Of a stretch of 32,000 nt of DNA, positions 7,387-15,889 are shown piece by piece. Position 1 is the stretch's first letter. Each line of letters begins with the position of its first letter. A program made the position numbers and the translations under genes. This DNA is from an uncultured Candidatus Saccharibacteria bacterium (GTDB lineage: Bacteria > Patescibacteriota > UBA1384 > XYA2-FULL-43-10 > 1-14-0-10-43-13): positions 90,001 through 122,000 of the forward strand of contig CAZIYE010000002.1 in NCBI GenBank assembly GCA_964543385.1. The letters are read 5' to 3'. Under the pieces are notes generated by a model. The model ran no database searches, was not told the origin of the DNA, and saw nothing but the letters and a program-made list of their open reading frames with translations.

Positions 7387-7551
7387 CTATCTTCTCTCTG
7401 TGGATTTACCTCGATTGATAAGATCTCTAACTTTTTGTCCACCCTTATGGCCGATTTCCTGATAGAATTCTCTGCCATGAGTTTGACTGGTTTTGCTCCC
7501 GCCCTTGCGTCCTGCCTCTTGCACGGACATTTGACCTTTTGGCTCTTTCAT
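7387..7551 (-). CDS. KGG-repeat stress protein (54 aa, below the ORF-track cutoff)
   Basis: Hand translation: MKEPKGQMSVQEAGRKGGSKTSQTHGREFYQEIGHKGGQKVRDLINRGKSTERR, then stop (CTA at 7387-7389 on the plus strand). AAGGA RBS 5 nt before the ATG. Confidence 0.7.
   Translation of the reverse strand: MKEPKGQMSVQEAGRKGGSKTSQTHGREFYQEIGHKGGQKVRDLINRGKSTERR
7431..7521. repeat. 91-nt segment identical to 7235-7325
   Basis: See the partner copy. Confidence 0.9.
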
Positions 7552-7614
7552 TGTGTTCCTTTAAAATTATTATTGTGAAATTTGATAATCAAAATTTAAC
7601 AAATCTGCAAAGTG

Positions 7615-7836
7615 CTATTTCTCGCTTTCCTTGCCTTCATTGATTAATTCGCGGACCCTTTGTCCTCCTTTGTGGCCGATCTGCTCATAAAACTCGGGGC
7701 CATGTTCACGGCTAGTGGTTTCTCCTCCTTTGCGTCCAATCTGTTGGTAAAAATTATGATCGTGTGTTTCTTTGGTGCGCTCTCCACCTTTCCGTCCTGC
7801 ATCCTGCACGGACATTTGGCCTTTTTGATTTTGCAT
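7615..7836 (-). CDS. KGG-repeat general stress protein
   Basis: The ORF track gives 7615-7845 with a GTG start. The ATG at 7836 has GGGAGGTG correctly spaced upstream. Repeats GRKGGE, FYQQIGRKGGE, FYEQIGHKGGQ. Confidence 0.8.
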   Translation of the reverse strand: MQNQKGQMSVQDAGRKGGERTKETHDHNFYQQIGRKGGETTSREHGPEFYEQIGHKGGQRVRELINEGKESEK

Positions 7837-8039
7837 CTCTTTCACCTCCCTTCGAAATTTTATATTATGTTTTTACTATCAAAACTTACACTACCGGCTG
7901 CTCCTCAGCCTTTCAATGATAATCTTGCCAAAACAATAGAGGTTAAAGCATAAGGATTTTTGCTATATATCACAGTACCTTGCTTTGGGGATGAAAAATG
8001 TTAAAATATTAAATATAGGACTATAAAATAAGGATAAAA

Positions 8040-8660
8040 ATGAAAAGATTGTTTCTCGATATTGAAACCATTCCAGCAGATGGAGAGAAAATAGATACCC
8101 TGAAAAAACTCTGGGAGGAAATTAAAAAGAAAAACAATAACGGTATCAAAAAAGTTGAGTCTGATTTCGAAACTTTTTTCCGCAACACCTCATTTCAAGG
8201 GGAATTCGGTCGAATATTGTGCATTGGATATGCCATTGATGATAACGATGTTGGGTGCTTAGTCGGTGACGAAAAAGAAATACTTCGGAAATTTTGGAAA
8301 TTAGCTGGTGATACGAATCTGTTTGTTGGACACAATCTAATGGAATTTGATTTAAGATTCATATATAAACGTTCGATTATTCACAATATTAGACCATCAC
8401 GTGAGCTTAGCTTTGCTAGATATAGGTCGGAACCAATTTTTGACACAATGAAAGAATGGGAAAAGTGGGGCGCGCAAGGGGTTAGTCTTCATCGTCTAAC
8501 TACAGCACTCGGTATTACTTCTCCTAAAGAAGAGGGGATAGACGGATCAAAGGTTTATGACTATTTTCTTGCTGGTAAAACAGATGAAATCGCTGAATAT
8601 TGCAAGAGAGATGTTGCCGCCACGAGAAGTGTCTATAAGAGAATGACTTTTCAGCAATAA
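8040..8660 (+). CDS. DEDD-type 3'-5' exonuclease (PolB-exonuclease-like / RNase H-fold)
   Basis: 206-aa ORF. ExoI FLDIETIP, ExoII GHNLMEFDLRF, ExoIII YCKRDV. AAGGA RBS. Confidence 0.65.
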   Translation: MKRLFLDIETIPADGEKIDTLKKLWEEIKKKNNNGIKKVESDFETFFRNTSFQGEFGRILCIGYAIDDNDVGCLVGDEKEILRKFWKLAGDTNLFVGHNLMEFDLRFIYKRSIIHNIRPSRELSFARYRSEPIFDTMKEWEKWGAQGVSLHRLTTALGITSPKEEGIDGSKVYDYFLAGKTDEIAEYCKRDVAATRSVYKRMTFQQ

Positions 8661-8727
8661 CTGAGGGAAATAAAGATCTCTGTACTTTCATCTTCTTCTT
8701 TATCTGGACCAGTGTTATAATTACATC

Positions 8728-9531
8728 ATGAAGAAGTTTTTTAGCTCGATTCTTATGGTTTTTGCCATCGTTAGCGCAATACTTTTTTTCGTACTCCTAA
8801 ATATTTCCTTTTTCGTAAATGAGGGAAAAATAAAAAACATTTTAGAGAATGGAAACTTCTATGATAATATTGCTTTCTACATAAAAAATGAGATTGTTAC
8901 AAAGTCTGATTTCAAGCTCAATGAAGGCAATAATTTTGAGGATCTAAATCAAAATGTTAATGCTGACAAGATTAAAATAACTATCAACAATGGTCTGCAT
9001 GACATTTTTTCTTCCTTGGAAAATCCCAATAACTCGGAAAAGATTTTCCCTGTTAAATTTTCTAGCGAGAATACTGATGGTACAAAGTTCTATTTTGAGA
9101 AATATTTTAACATCCAGGATAATCCAGTTCTTGAATTGTTGTCAGAAAAAAATACAATATTATTGATCATTGGGGGATTGTCACTGCTGCTTCTACTATT
9201 CGGCATGCTATTTTTCTTGAAAAATCCAAAGGGTGGTCTAATGTACTTGGGTGTTTTTGCTCTCAGTACTACATTTGTGTTAGCAATTATAGCGATATTG
9301 TTGAAATTATTTGCTAGCGAGTATATGCAGACATTTGCTAATAATGTCCACCTTTTTAGAGATGCGAAGCTATTGTCGATATTAAAAAGGATTTTGTCCG
9401 TGATCGTTAGCAATCAATTTTACTATTATCTGATTGAGATAATTAGTCTATTTGTTCTTGCTATAACTTTTTTCTCCCTTCGCAGAATGATAGTCAGAGA
9501 AGATCTGCAAGAGATTGACAAGAAAATATAG
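8728..9531 (+). CDS. Hypothetical membrane protein
   Basis: 267-aa ORF with an N-terminal TM helix and about 4 C-terminal TM helices. No family recognised. Confidence 0.5.
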   Translation: MKKFFSSILMVFAIVSAILFFVLLNISFFVNEGKIKNILENGNFYDNIAFYIKNEIVTKSDFKLNEGNNFEDLNQNVNADKIKITINNGLHDIFSSLENPNNSEKIFPVKFSSENTDGTKFYFEKYFNIQDNPVLELLSEKNTILLIIGGLSLLLLLFGMLFFLKNPKGGLMYLGVFALSTTFVLAIIAILLKLFASEYMQTFANNVHLFRDAKLLSILKRILSVIVSNQFYYYLIEIISLFVLAITFFSLRRMIVREDLQEIDKKI

Positions 9532-9544
9532 TTTGTTGGTAAAA

Positions 9545-10012
9545 TTAACTAGTTCCTATTTTGGACAAAAGCCAGTTTCTTGAATCTTCTAGAATTTGTC
9601 TAGTTTCCTTGTAGGTGATCTTTTCAAGTGCATTCTCATATGTTAGCCATTTGGCATCAGTAATTTCTTTCCCATCAATTTTGATCTCAAGGTTCTCGCA
9701 AAAACAAGGGAAAAATTTGACAGTTTTATCTACCATTGTGCCGTGGTCATTCCAGCTATATTTTTCTATGAAATAAGTATCGGTAATTATCTTGAGAGGT
9801 CTTATCCCGGTCTCTTCGTAAAGTTCTCTTTCTGCTGTTTCAATTTCTGTTTCGCCAACCTCGGGATGTCCCTTTGGAAAGCTCCAAAATTGTCCATATT
9901 GTTCTATCAACAAAAAATAGATAGTACTTGGATCTTTATATTTTTGAAATATTGGCACAACGCCGTAAGAGAAATCCTTCATATTAGTGGAGGACCTCGC
10001 CTTCGCCGTCAT
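9545..10012 (-). CDS. Nudix hydrolase (Ap4A-hydrolase-like)
   Basis: Nudix box GHPEVGETEIETAERELYEETGI. An alternative ATG at 9982 would start 1 nt after the kinase stop and remove the 29-nt overlap. Confidence 0.8.
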   Translation of the reverse strand: MTAKARSSTNMKDFSYGVVPIFQKYKDPSTIYFLLIEQYGQFWSFPKGHPEVGETEIETAERELYEETGIRPLKIITDTYFIEKYSWNDHGTMVDKTVKFFPCFCENLEIKIDGKEITDAKWLTYENALEKITYKETRQILEDSRNWLLSKIGTS

Positions 10013-11633
10013 GGGCGTCGTAAGGCTTTTTACTTAGAATTGGCATCGAGAAAAAGAAGGTTGTGCCTTTGTCAGCGCCATCGGAGTGAAACCAAATTTT
10101 ACCTTTTTGCAATTCAACAAATTTCTTAGATATATACATGCCAAGTCCGGTGCCCTTGACTTCGTCTTTAAGCACATCTACCTGAGTGAATTTCTCAAAG
10201 ACTGCCTGCTGGCGATCTTTTGGTATTCCCTTGCCATTATCCTCAACCGATATAACGATTTTTTGATCATCGTTCATAACTCTGACGACTATTTTGCCGC
10301 CATCGGGAGTGTATTTTATCGAGTTTCCGATGACATTAATAAGTACTTCAGTAATACGAGTAACGTCAAACCAAGTAGGTGGCATTTTGTGCTTAGGCTC
10401 TTCGAAAGTCAGTGTATGTTTGGCTTCTCGTGCCTTCGACATCACTTCAGTGATTGCTTGACTTATAACATCCTCGACAGGCTTTTGTTCCCAGATGATA
10501 TGGATTCGTCCAGACTCAATCCTGGAGACATTTAGGAGGTCTTTTACCATATTTGCAAGCCTTGTAGCGGATTGAAATACGCTATCGAGGTAAGTGCGAG
10601 CTTTATCAGGGATCTTGCCACCAAGACCCTCGATCAAAATCATAGAAAGGTAACCCTTGATCGCAGCGATAGGGGTATTGAGTTCATGCGATGCCATGGA
10701 CAAAAAGTCATCTTTCAATTTATCCACTTCCTTTAGATGATCATTGGCAGTCTCAAGATCTTTGGCAAGTTTTTGAATTTGTTCTCGACGTTTTATTTCC
10801 TGCTTGACAGACTTAATAAGTAAATATCCACCAATGGAAACCAAACAAAAGATTGTTGCATTGATCAAAAATTGGTTAAACGTTTTCGATAATATAGTTT
10901 GAGTTCCTATGGCAATAATTACGATTATAGCACTGGCTTCTGTTAAAATTACTTTTATATCAAAAAGTCCCTTTGCTACCATTGCATAGGTTGTGAATCC
11001 AACAAATGGTAGAACGAAATATGTGCCGAGGTATACAAAATTATCGAGCTTAAATACCAAAACGAGTATGAGATTAAAGAATATCATTAAAAAGAACATT
11101 GATGAAACTCCAGTAAAGATAAATTTTATTTGTTCTCTTATAAAACCTTCGGCCTTTAGAAATTTTTTTATTAATAAATAAAATCCTGTTCCTATAGAAC
11201 CAACTGCAGTAACTAGAAACAGTAACATGCCAGGGCCAACTTTTGGGCTTCTAGTATTGTTCACGGCATCGATTTCAACTCCAGGGAAGAATATAGGGGA
11301 CATCACAACCGCAATAGTTGCAACAACTACGATGGAATAAATAAAATAAAATTTACGTTTAAATGGCAGTTTTCCCTCTGGGAAAGCTTGAGCAAATAGA
11401 AAGAAAAAAACGGACTGAAGTACAGCGAAAACCATTACTAATCGCATGAGAATTAAAATAGTATTATAATCTTGGGCAAGCACAGAAAAATAATTTGAAA
11501 CAGACCATAAAACTAGTGAAAGGGTCAAGTAAAAAAATAAAGTTCTTAGGGTTTTGTTTTTGGACTTTGTTAATGCAATTATGCCCAGGACTAGATTTAG
11601 GGCTGCACCCAGAATAAGTATCAGCGCGTTCAT
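9984..11633 (-). CDS. Sensor histidine kinase with a multi-TM N-terminal domain
   Basis: 549-aa ORF. About 7 N-terminal TM helices, H-box SMASHELNTPIAAIKGY, N-box NVIGNSIKYT, G1 VEDNGKGIP, G2 GTGLGMYISKKF. AGGAGGG RBS. No response regulator in the window. Confidence 0.85.
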   Translation of the reverse strand: MNALILILGAALNLVLGIIALTKSKNKTLRTLFFYLTLSLVLWSVSNYFSVLAQDYNTILILMRLVMVFAVLQSVFFFLFAQAFPEGKLPFKRKFYFIYSIVVVATIAVVMSPIFFPGVEIDAVNNTRSPKVGPGMLLFLVTAVGSIGTGFYLLIKKFLKAEGFIREQIKFIFTGVSSMFFLMIFFNLILVLVFKLDNFVYLGTYFVLPFVGFTTYAMVAKGLFDIKVILTEASAIIVIIAIGTQTILSKTFNQFLINATIFCLVSIGGYLLIKSVKQEIKRREQIQKLAKDLETANDHLKEVDKLKDDFLSMASHELNTPIAAIKGYLSMILIEGLGGKIPDKARTYLDSVFQSATRLANMVKDLLNVSRIESGRIHIIWEQKPVEDVISQAITEVMSKAREAKHTLTFEEPKHKMPPTWFDVTRITEVLINVIGNSIKYTPDGGKIVVRVMNDDQKIVISVEDNGKGIPKDRQQAVFEKFTQVDVLKDEVKGTGLGMYISKKFVELQKGKIWFHSDGADKGTTFFFSMPILSKKPYDAHDGEGEVLH

Positions 11634-11660
11634 TTCCCTCCTATGATTAGCAATCAGATA

Positions 11661-12779
11661 TTATTTTAATTTACTCAAAAATTCTTTGGTATGATCAGCT
11701 CTTTTCTTTACGGAATCGTCTGAATAATAGTTTGGTATTAAAGCGCCATCTATAGAAACATGTAATCTTCCGTCCATAATAGGATTGTTCATGGCTATAT
11801 TTCTAATAATATATGAGCCTACTGATCCTGCTAACATTGATGCTGTAGATAGCTGGGGCCATGTCTTTATTGTTTTGCCCACCTCGAGTAATGAGTCTTG
11901 CATACGGCTGACGGCGTTTTGGGGTTGAACAATTTTTAGAGATAGAGTTACGCGGTCCTGCGGCGATAGTTTGCCATGACTATTTTTGATAAGTTTGATG
12001 TCTTCTTCTGATATTAAGCCGTGGAAAGGTTTCAAGCTAGATTTCAAGTCATATCTTTCTATGTCAACCATAACATTATCACCATTATCGGTAATCATTA
12101 TTAAAGGTATTTTTTTATCTTTAGCTATTAGGCGCATATGAAGCTTCAGATGCAGGCTGTCTATCTCGTCAAAAACTATATCAGAATCTTTTACAAATTC
12201 ATCAATATTGTCTTCACTTATACCATCAGAGAAAATTTGAACATTTATATACGGATTTATCTCATAAATTCTTCTTGCTAGAGCGATGGTTTTCTTTATA
12301 TTAACGGATAGTAGCTCTGTTACAATTCGATTCATATTCGATGTGGAAATTGAATCACCATCAGCAATCTTAATGTTTTTGCATCCGCCTTGCATAACAG
12401 TAGCTAATACAATATTACTGCCAACGCTTAGGCCGGCAACTGCAAGATTTGTATTCCGATATTTATCTTGTTCGGCGTGGTTTATTAAATATTTGTTGCG
12501 CGATGTTAGAAGAGTATAAAAGTCATTCTCTTCTAATGCCCTTATGACTGTTTTTCTCCATGGATAGACCACCAATGTCCCCAAGGTCTCTTGTTTAAAC
12601 TCTGACAATGTCAATTGTAGGTCAGCTTCTTTGCCTATACATGTCAGTTCAACCAATTCTTCAGCTTGGCACTCAAATATGTCGCTATAAACATATCCTT
12701 CGGAATTGAGTTTCAGCAAAATACTATCAAGCTCTTCTTTTGAGAAAAAATTAATTATATCTGGTTTAAATTGATCCAT
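11661..12779 (-). CDS. ThiF/MoeB/E1-like adenylyltransferase with an N-terminal extension of about 100 aa
   Basis: 372-aa ORF. Rossmann/ATP motif VAGLSVGSN...IKIADGDSISTSNMNRI and a Mg-binding-like FDEID. GAGGGAG RBS lies inside the 3' end of the upstream gene. Confidence 0.75.
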   Translation of the reverse strand: MDQFKPDIINFFSKEELDSILLKLNSEGYVYSDIFECQAEELVELTCIGKEADLQLTLSEFKQETLGTLVVYPWRKTVIRALEENDFYTLLTSRNKYLINHAEQDKYRNTNLAVAGLSVGSNIVLATVMQGGCKNIKIADGDSISTSNMNRIVTELLSVNIKKTIALARRIYEINPYINVQIFSDGISEDNIDEFVKDSDIVFDEIDSLHLKLHMRLIAKDKKIPLIMITDNGDNVMVDIERYDLKSSLKPFHGLISEEDIKLIKNSHGKLSPQDRVTLSLKIVQPQNAVSRMQDSLLEVGKTIKTWPQLSTASMLAGSVGSYIIRNIAMNNPIMDGRLHVSIDGALIPNYYSDDSVKKRADHTKEFLSKLK

Positions 12780-14305
12780 TGCTGTTTACTCCCTCTATCG
12801 TTACTAATTGATCCATAAGGCATGAATACAACTCTAGGCTTAGCCTTTTCTTGGCCAATTTTTTCAACAAGAGTTTTGTATTCATAGTTGTTCTTTAGAA
12901 GATTCGAATAAATCTTTTCTCCAACATTTTTTTTTAATTCATCATTTGGTTCGATATTCTTATTCAATTCAACGGCTATTTCAATATATTGATTTCTTAA
13001 ATCATCATACTTCGTGGTCATCGACATTCTAGTTGTCAATTTATCTATAATAGCTTGATCTTCAAGCCCTTTTCTAACTGTCTGCGGATAGATATTCAAG
13101 CCGTAGAGAGTAATCGTTTGGTCTGATTTCCCGTAGAGGACAATGAAAGGTAATTTCCATATGGGAAGATTTAGTTTCTTGGCCTCTTCTAAAATATCTA
13201 TACCTTCATTTTTAAATAAATTAATCATTTCATGGAAGCTATAGATAGTTCCATAATCGTGGAGGTTATAATCTAAAAGTGGCATTCCACCGACAGTAGA
13301 GCAAATTAATTCATTGTCTACGCATTCAAAGTGTTTTAAATGTGGATGATATTGAACAAAAGTAGAAACCGTTCTGCCATTGAAGAGTTTTTCAAGCAGC
13401 TTATCATTTTTGGCACATAGTCTTTTTATCATGATGCTAATAGGGGTCTCATGTCCAAGAATTGCTGCGTCAGCTGATCCATATGTATTCACGCTAGAAT
13501 TGTAGTAGTCTTTAATCTTTGCTTTCTTGTACAAATATTCGCGCCAATCTTCACTTATTGCCTCTGCGCCAAAGATGAATTTAAGGTTATACGAACCCCA
13601 GTCAAATCCCCTGGAAATACCTTCTTCAATTGTATCCTTTACAAAAGGAGGATATCCGCAGATCACTATTTGCTCATAGTTGTTTCCTATTTCGCTAATA
13701 ATTCTTAAAATGCTGTCCATGGAAATACCTGGAGTTATGACGGAAAGATCATACCCTCTCTGTGCTATTCTTAGGCAGGAATTTAGCGTAAATACACCGG
13801 CAACATACATACCCATTGAATAGGCATCGACTATTAATGTTCTTTTCTTGTCTATGTGAAAAAAATCCTTCAAGATCATCTCATAAATAATCGTTGTTTC
13901 TAGCTCCAAGTAATTGCCTCTAGGCCAAAAATACGGTTTTCCGCTTGAACCAGAACTGACAGAAACCATCTTAATGGAGTCCATATAATTGCCGGGAAGT
14001 AGTTCTGAAATAGGATATTCGTGCAGGTAATTTTTTTTGTCTATAAAACGGTTCGATTTGTTTGCTGAAAATTGCTTATAGGCGGGGACACTATTTTTTA
14101 TTTCGGCCTCAAGCTCTGAGTATATTTCTTTCGAATATTTCTCGATCTCTTTAGGGTCAGTATTTTTTAGATAATTTAAAGAAAAATCAACGTCATAAAT
14201 TTTAAGAGCCTCAAAAAAAGGATTGCTTGAATTGTTAATCTGTCCAATTGCTTGGTCTTTAAAATATGGTTTTAATGTTGTATAGTTATTAAAGATACTT
14301 TTCAT
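12755..14305 (-). CDS. Adenylate-forming enzyme, PaaK / F390-synthetase / LuxE-like
   Basis: P-loop-like SVSSGSSGKPYFWP and YGSADA motifs of the ANL/PaaK group. The ORF track starts at 14338 (GTG). The ATG at 14305 avoids overlap with the divergent gene. 25-nt overlap with the downstream E1-like gene. Confidence 0.7.
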   Translation of the reverse strand: MKSIFNNYTTLKPYFKDQAIGQINNSSNPFFEALKIYDVDFSLNYLKNTDPKEIEKYSKEIYSELEAEIKNSVPAYKQFSANKSNRFIDKKNYLHEYPISELLPGNYMDSIKMVSVSSGSSGKPYFWPRGNYLELETTIIYEMILKDFFHIDKKRTLIVDAYSMGMYVAGVFTLNSCLRIAQRGYDLSVITPGISMDSILRIISEIGNNYEQIVICGYPPFVKDTIEEGISRGFDWGSYNLKFIFGAEAISEDWREYLYKKAKIKDYYNSSVNTYGSADAAILGHETPISIMIKRLCAKNDKLLEKLFNGRTVSTFVQYHPHLKHFECVDNELICSTVGGMPLLDYNLHDYGTIYSFHEMINLFKNEGIDILEEAKKLNLPIWKLPFIVLYGKSDQTITLYGLNIYPQTVRKGLEDQAIIDKLTTRMSMTTKYDDLRNQYIEIAVELNKNIEPNDELKKNVGEKIYSNLLKNNYEYKTLVEKIGQEKAKPRVVFMPYGSISNDRGSKQQWINLNQI

Positions 14306-14311
14306 GATTCT

Positions 14312-14324
14312 AATATAGCATATT
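14312..14324. promoter_or_regulatory. Palindrome AATAT-AGC-ATATT in the 24-bp divergent gap
   Basis: Perfect 5+3+5 inverted repeat. The minus strand reads TGCTATATT (extended -10-like) 6 nt before the ATG at 14305. Confidence 0.35.
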
Positions 14325-14329
14325 AAATT

Positions 14330-15454
14330 ATGAGCCACAATAATAAAGAGGCAGCGCTTGTCCTGGGGGGACTAGGCTTAATAGGTGGGTCACTAGCCCA
14401 AGAACTTACAAAGAATTTTGACGTGTTTGTTGTGGACAGAAGAGAGCCTAAGGAAAAAAATGGAAGTGTGAAATATTATGTATCCGATGCGCTAAGTGTC
14501 TCAAGCCTTGAGAAGTTAATAATTGAACATGAGCCAAGACTAATCGTTAATTCAATAAATATAGCCACTATTTTTTCAGATAACCCTGAGGCAAACTATA
14601 AAAAGCTTGTTAAGTTTTACTATAGTTTGTATCAGATATTTAGTAAGATCTCACATCCGATACATTTCATTCAGATGGGGACAACTGGTTCTGGTGGACT
14701 AGGCTTTGATATTCCTTTTACTCATGGGGACAGAATAGAAGATCTCCCGATCATAAACAAGGCTGCTTTTGCCGGTGTTTCGACGGCAATGCTGACCCTT
14801 ATGTCCAGGTCTTTTGGCCATAGAGTAAAAGTGTCGGAAATTAAACCAGGCTTGTCAATTTTTCGAAAAGATATTGTTAAAGAAAAATTTGATGGCAGTA
14901 ACCTTATCCTTATAGATGGTGGTGAAAGTGGTTTTTATACATACAATGAACTAGCGCTCCTCACATGTTATATGGGTTTTACAACAGTAGACACGATCAT
15001 TGATAAAGTTATGAAAATTATTGGTGGCGATAAAAGCTTCCATAATCACTGTGTTTATGACACGATAGGCAGTCTCAATGGTGCTATTATTACGCAAAAT
15101 CACCTAGACCATTGGCGTTTGGTTAAATATCTTAATATTATGAAAAGACTGTCTGGCAAAGACTATATAATAGCTACGGGCAAACTTGGCCCTCCAAGCA
15201 TCACAAGAGACTTAATTCTTACATACCTAAAAAAGGAAAATCCTGATGTCGACGAGGAATCTTTTGCTAAGAAAATCAAGGGTGATGCAAATATAGTCAA
15301 TACAATAAAATTCATCAAGAAGAATGATAAAACTCTTTATGAATATCTATTAACTGAATTGAATTACGAAAACTATCTCAAAGCTATATATACTAAAGAT
15401 GAGCCGTGGGAAAACGTTAAAGCTATGTTGGCTAGACAGAAACTGATAGTATAG
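14330..15454 (+). CDS. Atypical NAD(P)-binding Rossmann-fold protein (SDR / reductase-like)
   Basis: 374-aa ORF. N-terminal ALVLGGLGLIGGSLAQEL dinucleotide-binding motif. An NKAAFAG segment resembles the SDR SKAA region, but I could not find a YxxxK. Confidence 0.55.
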   Translation: MSHNNKEAALVLGGLGLIGGSLAQELTKNFDVFVVDRREPKEKNGSVKYYVSDALSVSSLEKLIIEHEPRLIVNSINIATIFSDNPEANYKKLVKFYYSLYQIFSKISHPIHFIQMGTTGSGGLGFDIPFTHGDRIEDLPIINKAAFAGVSTAMLTLMSRSFGHRVKVSEIKPGLSIFRKDIVKEKFDGSNLILIDGGESGFYTYNELALLTCYMGFTTVDTIIDKVMKIIGGDKSFHNHCVYDTIGSLNGAIITQNHLDHWRLVKYLNIMKRLSGKDYIIATGKLGPPSITRDLILTYLKKENPDVDEESFAKKIKGDANIVNTIKFIKKNDKTLYEYLLTELNYENYLKAIYTKDEPWENVKAMLARQKLIV

Positions 15455-15474
15455 ACTAATCCACAGTTTTTCTT

Positions 15475-15503
15475 TTGACAATCTATGTGATCGCAGCTAA
15501 ACT
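15475..15503 (+). promoter_or_regulatory. Sigma70-type promoter opening an ORF-less region
   Basis: TTGACA (15475-15480), 17 nt, TAAACT (15498-15503). Confidence 0.45.
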
Positions 15504-15826
15504 ATATCAGTTCGCCATACTCTTATAGTTTATAGCGGACCTAGCTAATCATGGTCGTGCATTTATCTTGCTAGAAAGTGATGTGGCAACATCACAATAA
15601 TCAATCAATCCTCAAGGACTGATTTTTATTTTGGGCAGATTCCGGCTGCTCTTGCCAATCCAACCGTCTGGTTGTGTATTCCGGCAGAACATCACTGACT
15701 ATTTTATTGCACGTATTAGTCAACTAGATGTTAGCACTTTTCTATCCCTCCTGATCCACCCTGTTTGTAAAAAATGTGCAGATGGATCAGGATAGCGGTT
15801 TGTTCACTGTATAACCGCTGATAACA

Positions 15827-15868
15827 AATCAGCGTGTTGACAAAAAATCACACGCTGATTTTTGTTTG
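15827..15868 (+). terminator. Intrinsic terminator-like hairpin immediately upstream of the 15890 gene
   Basis: AATCAGCGTGT (15827-15837) pairs perfectly with ACACGCTGATT (15850-15860), followed by TTTGTTTG. Confidence 0.55.
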
Positions 15869-15889
15869 ATGTTTATGTATAATTTACTT

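Noticed and set aside
7088-7953. Plus-strand ORFs 7088-7462, 7179-7418 and 7660-7953.
   Set aside because: They are antisense shadows of the three KGG-repeat genes. Their repetitive leucine/phenylalanine-rich translations mirror the sense repeats, and the sense genes have RBSs and recognisable family motifs.
15631-15700. CCGGAA / AGCAGCC strings on the minus strand recalled the SRP (4.5S) RNA domain IV motif.
   Set aside because: The two elements are about 30 nt apart instead of forming the GGAA-tetraloop helix, and no symmetric or asymmetric loop pattern could be drawn.
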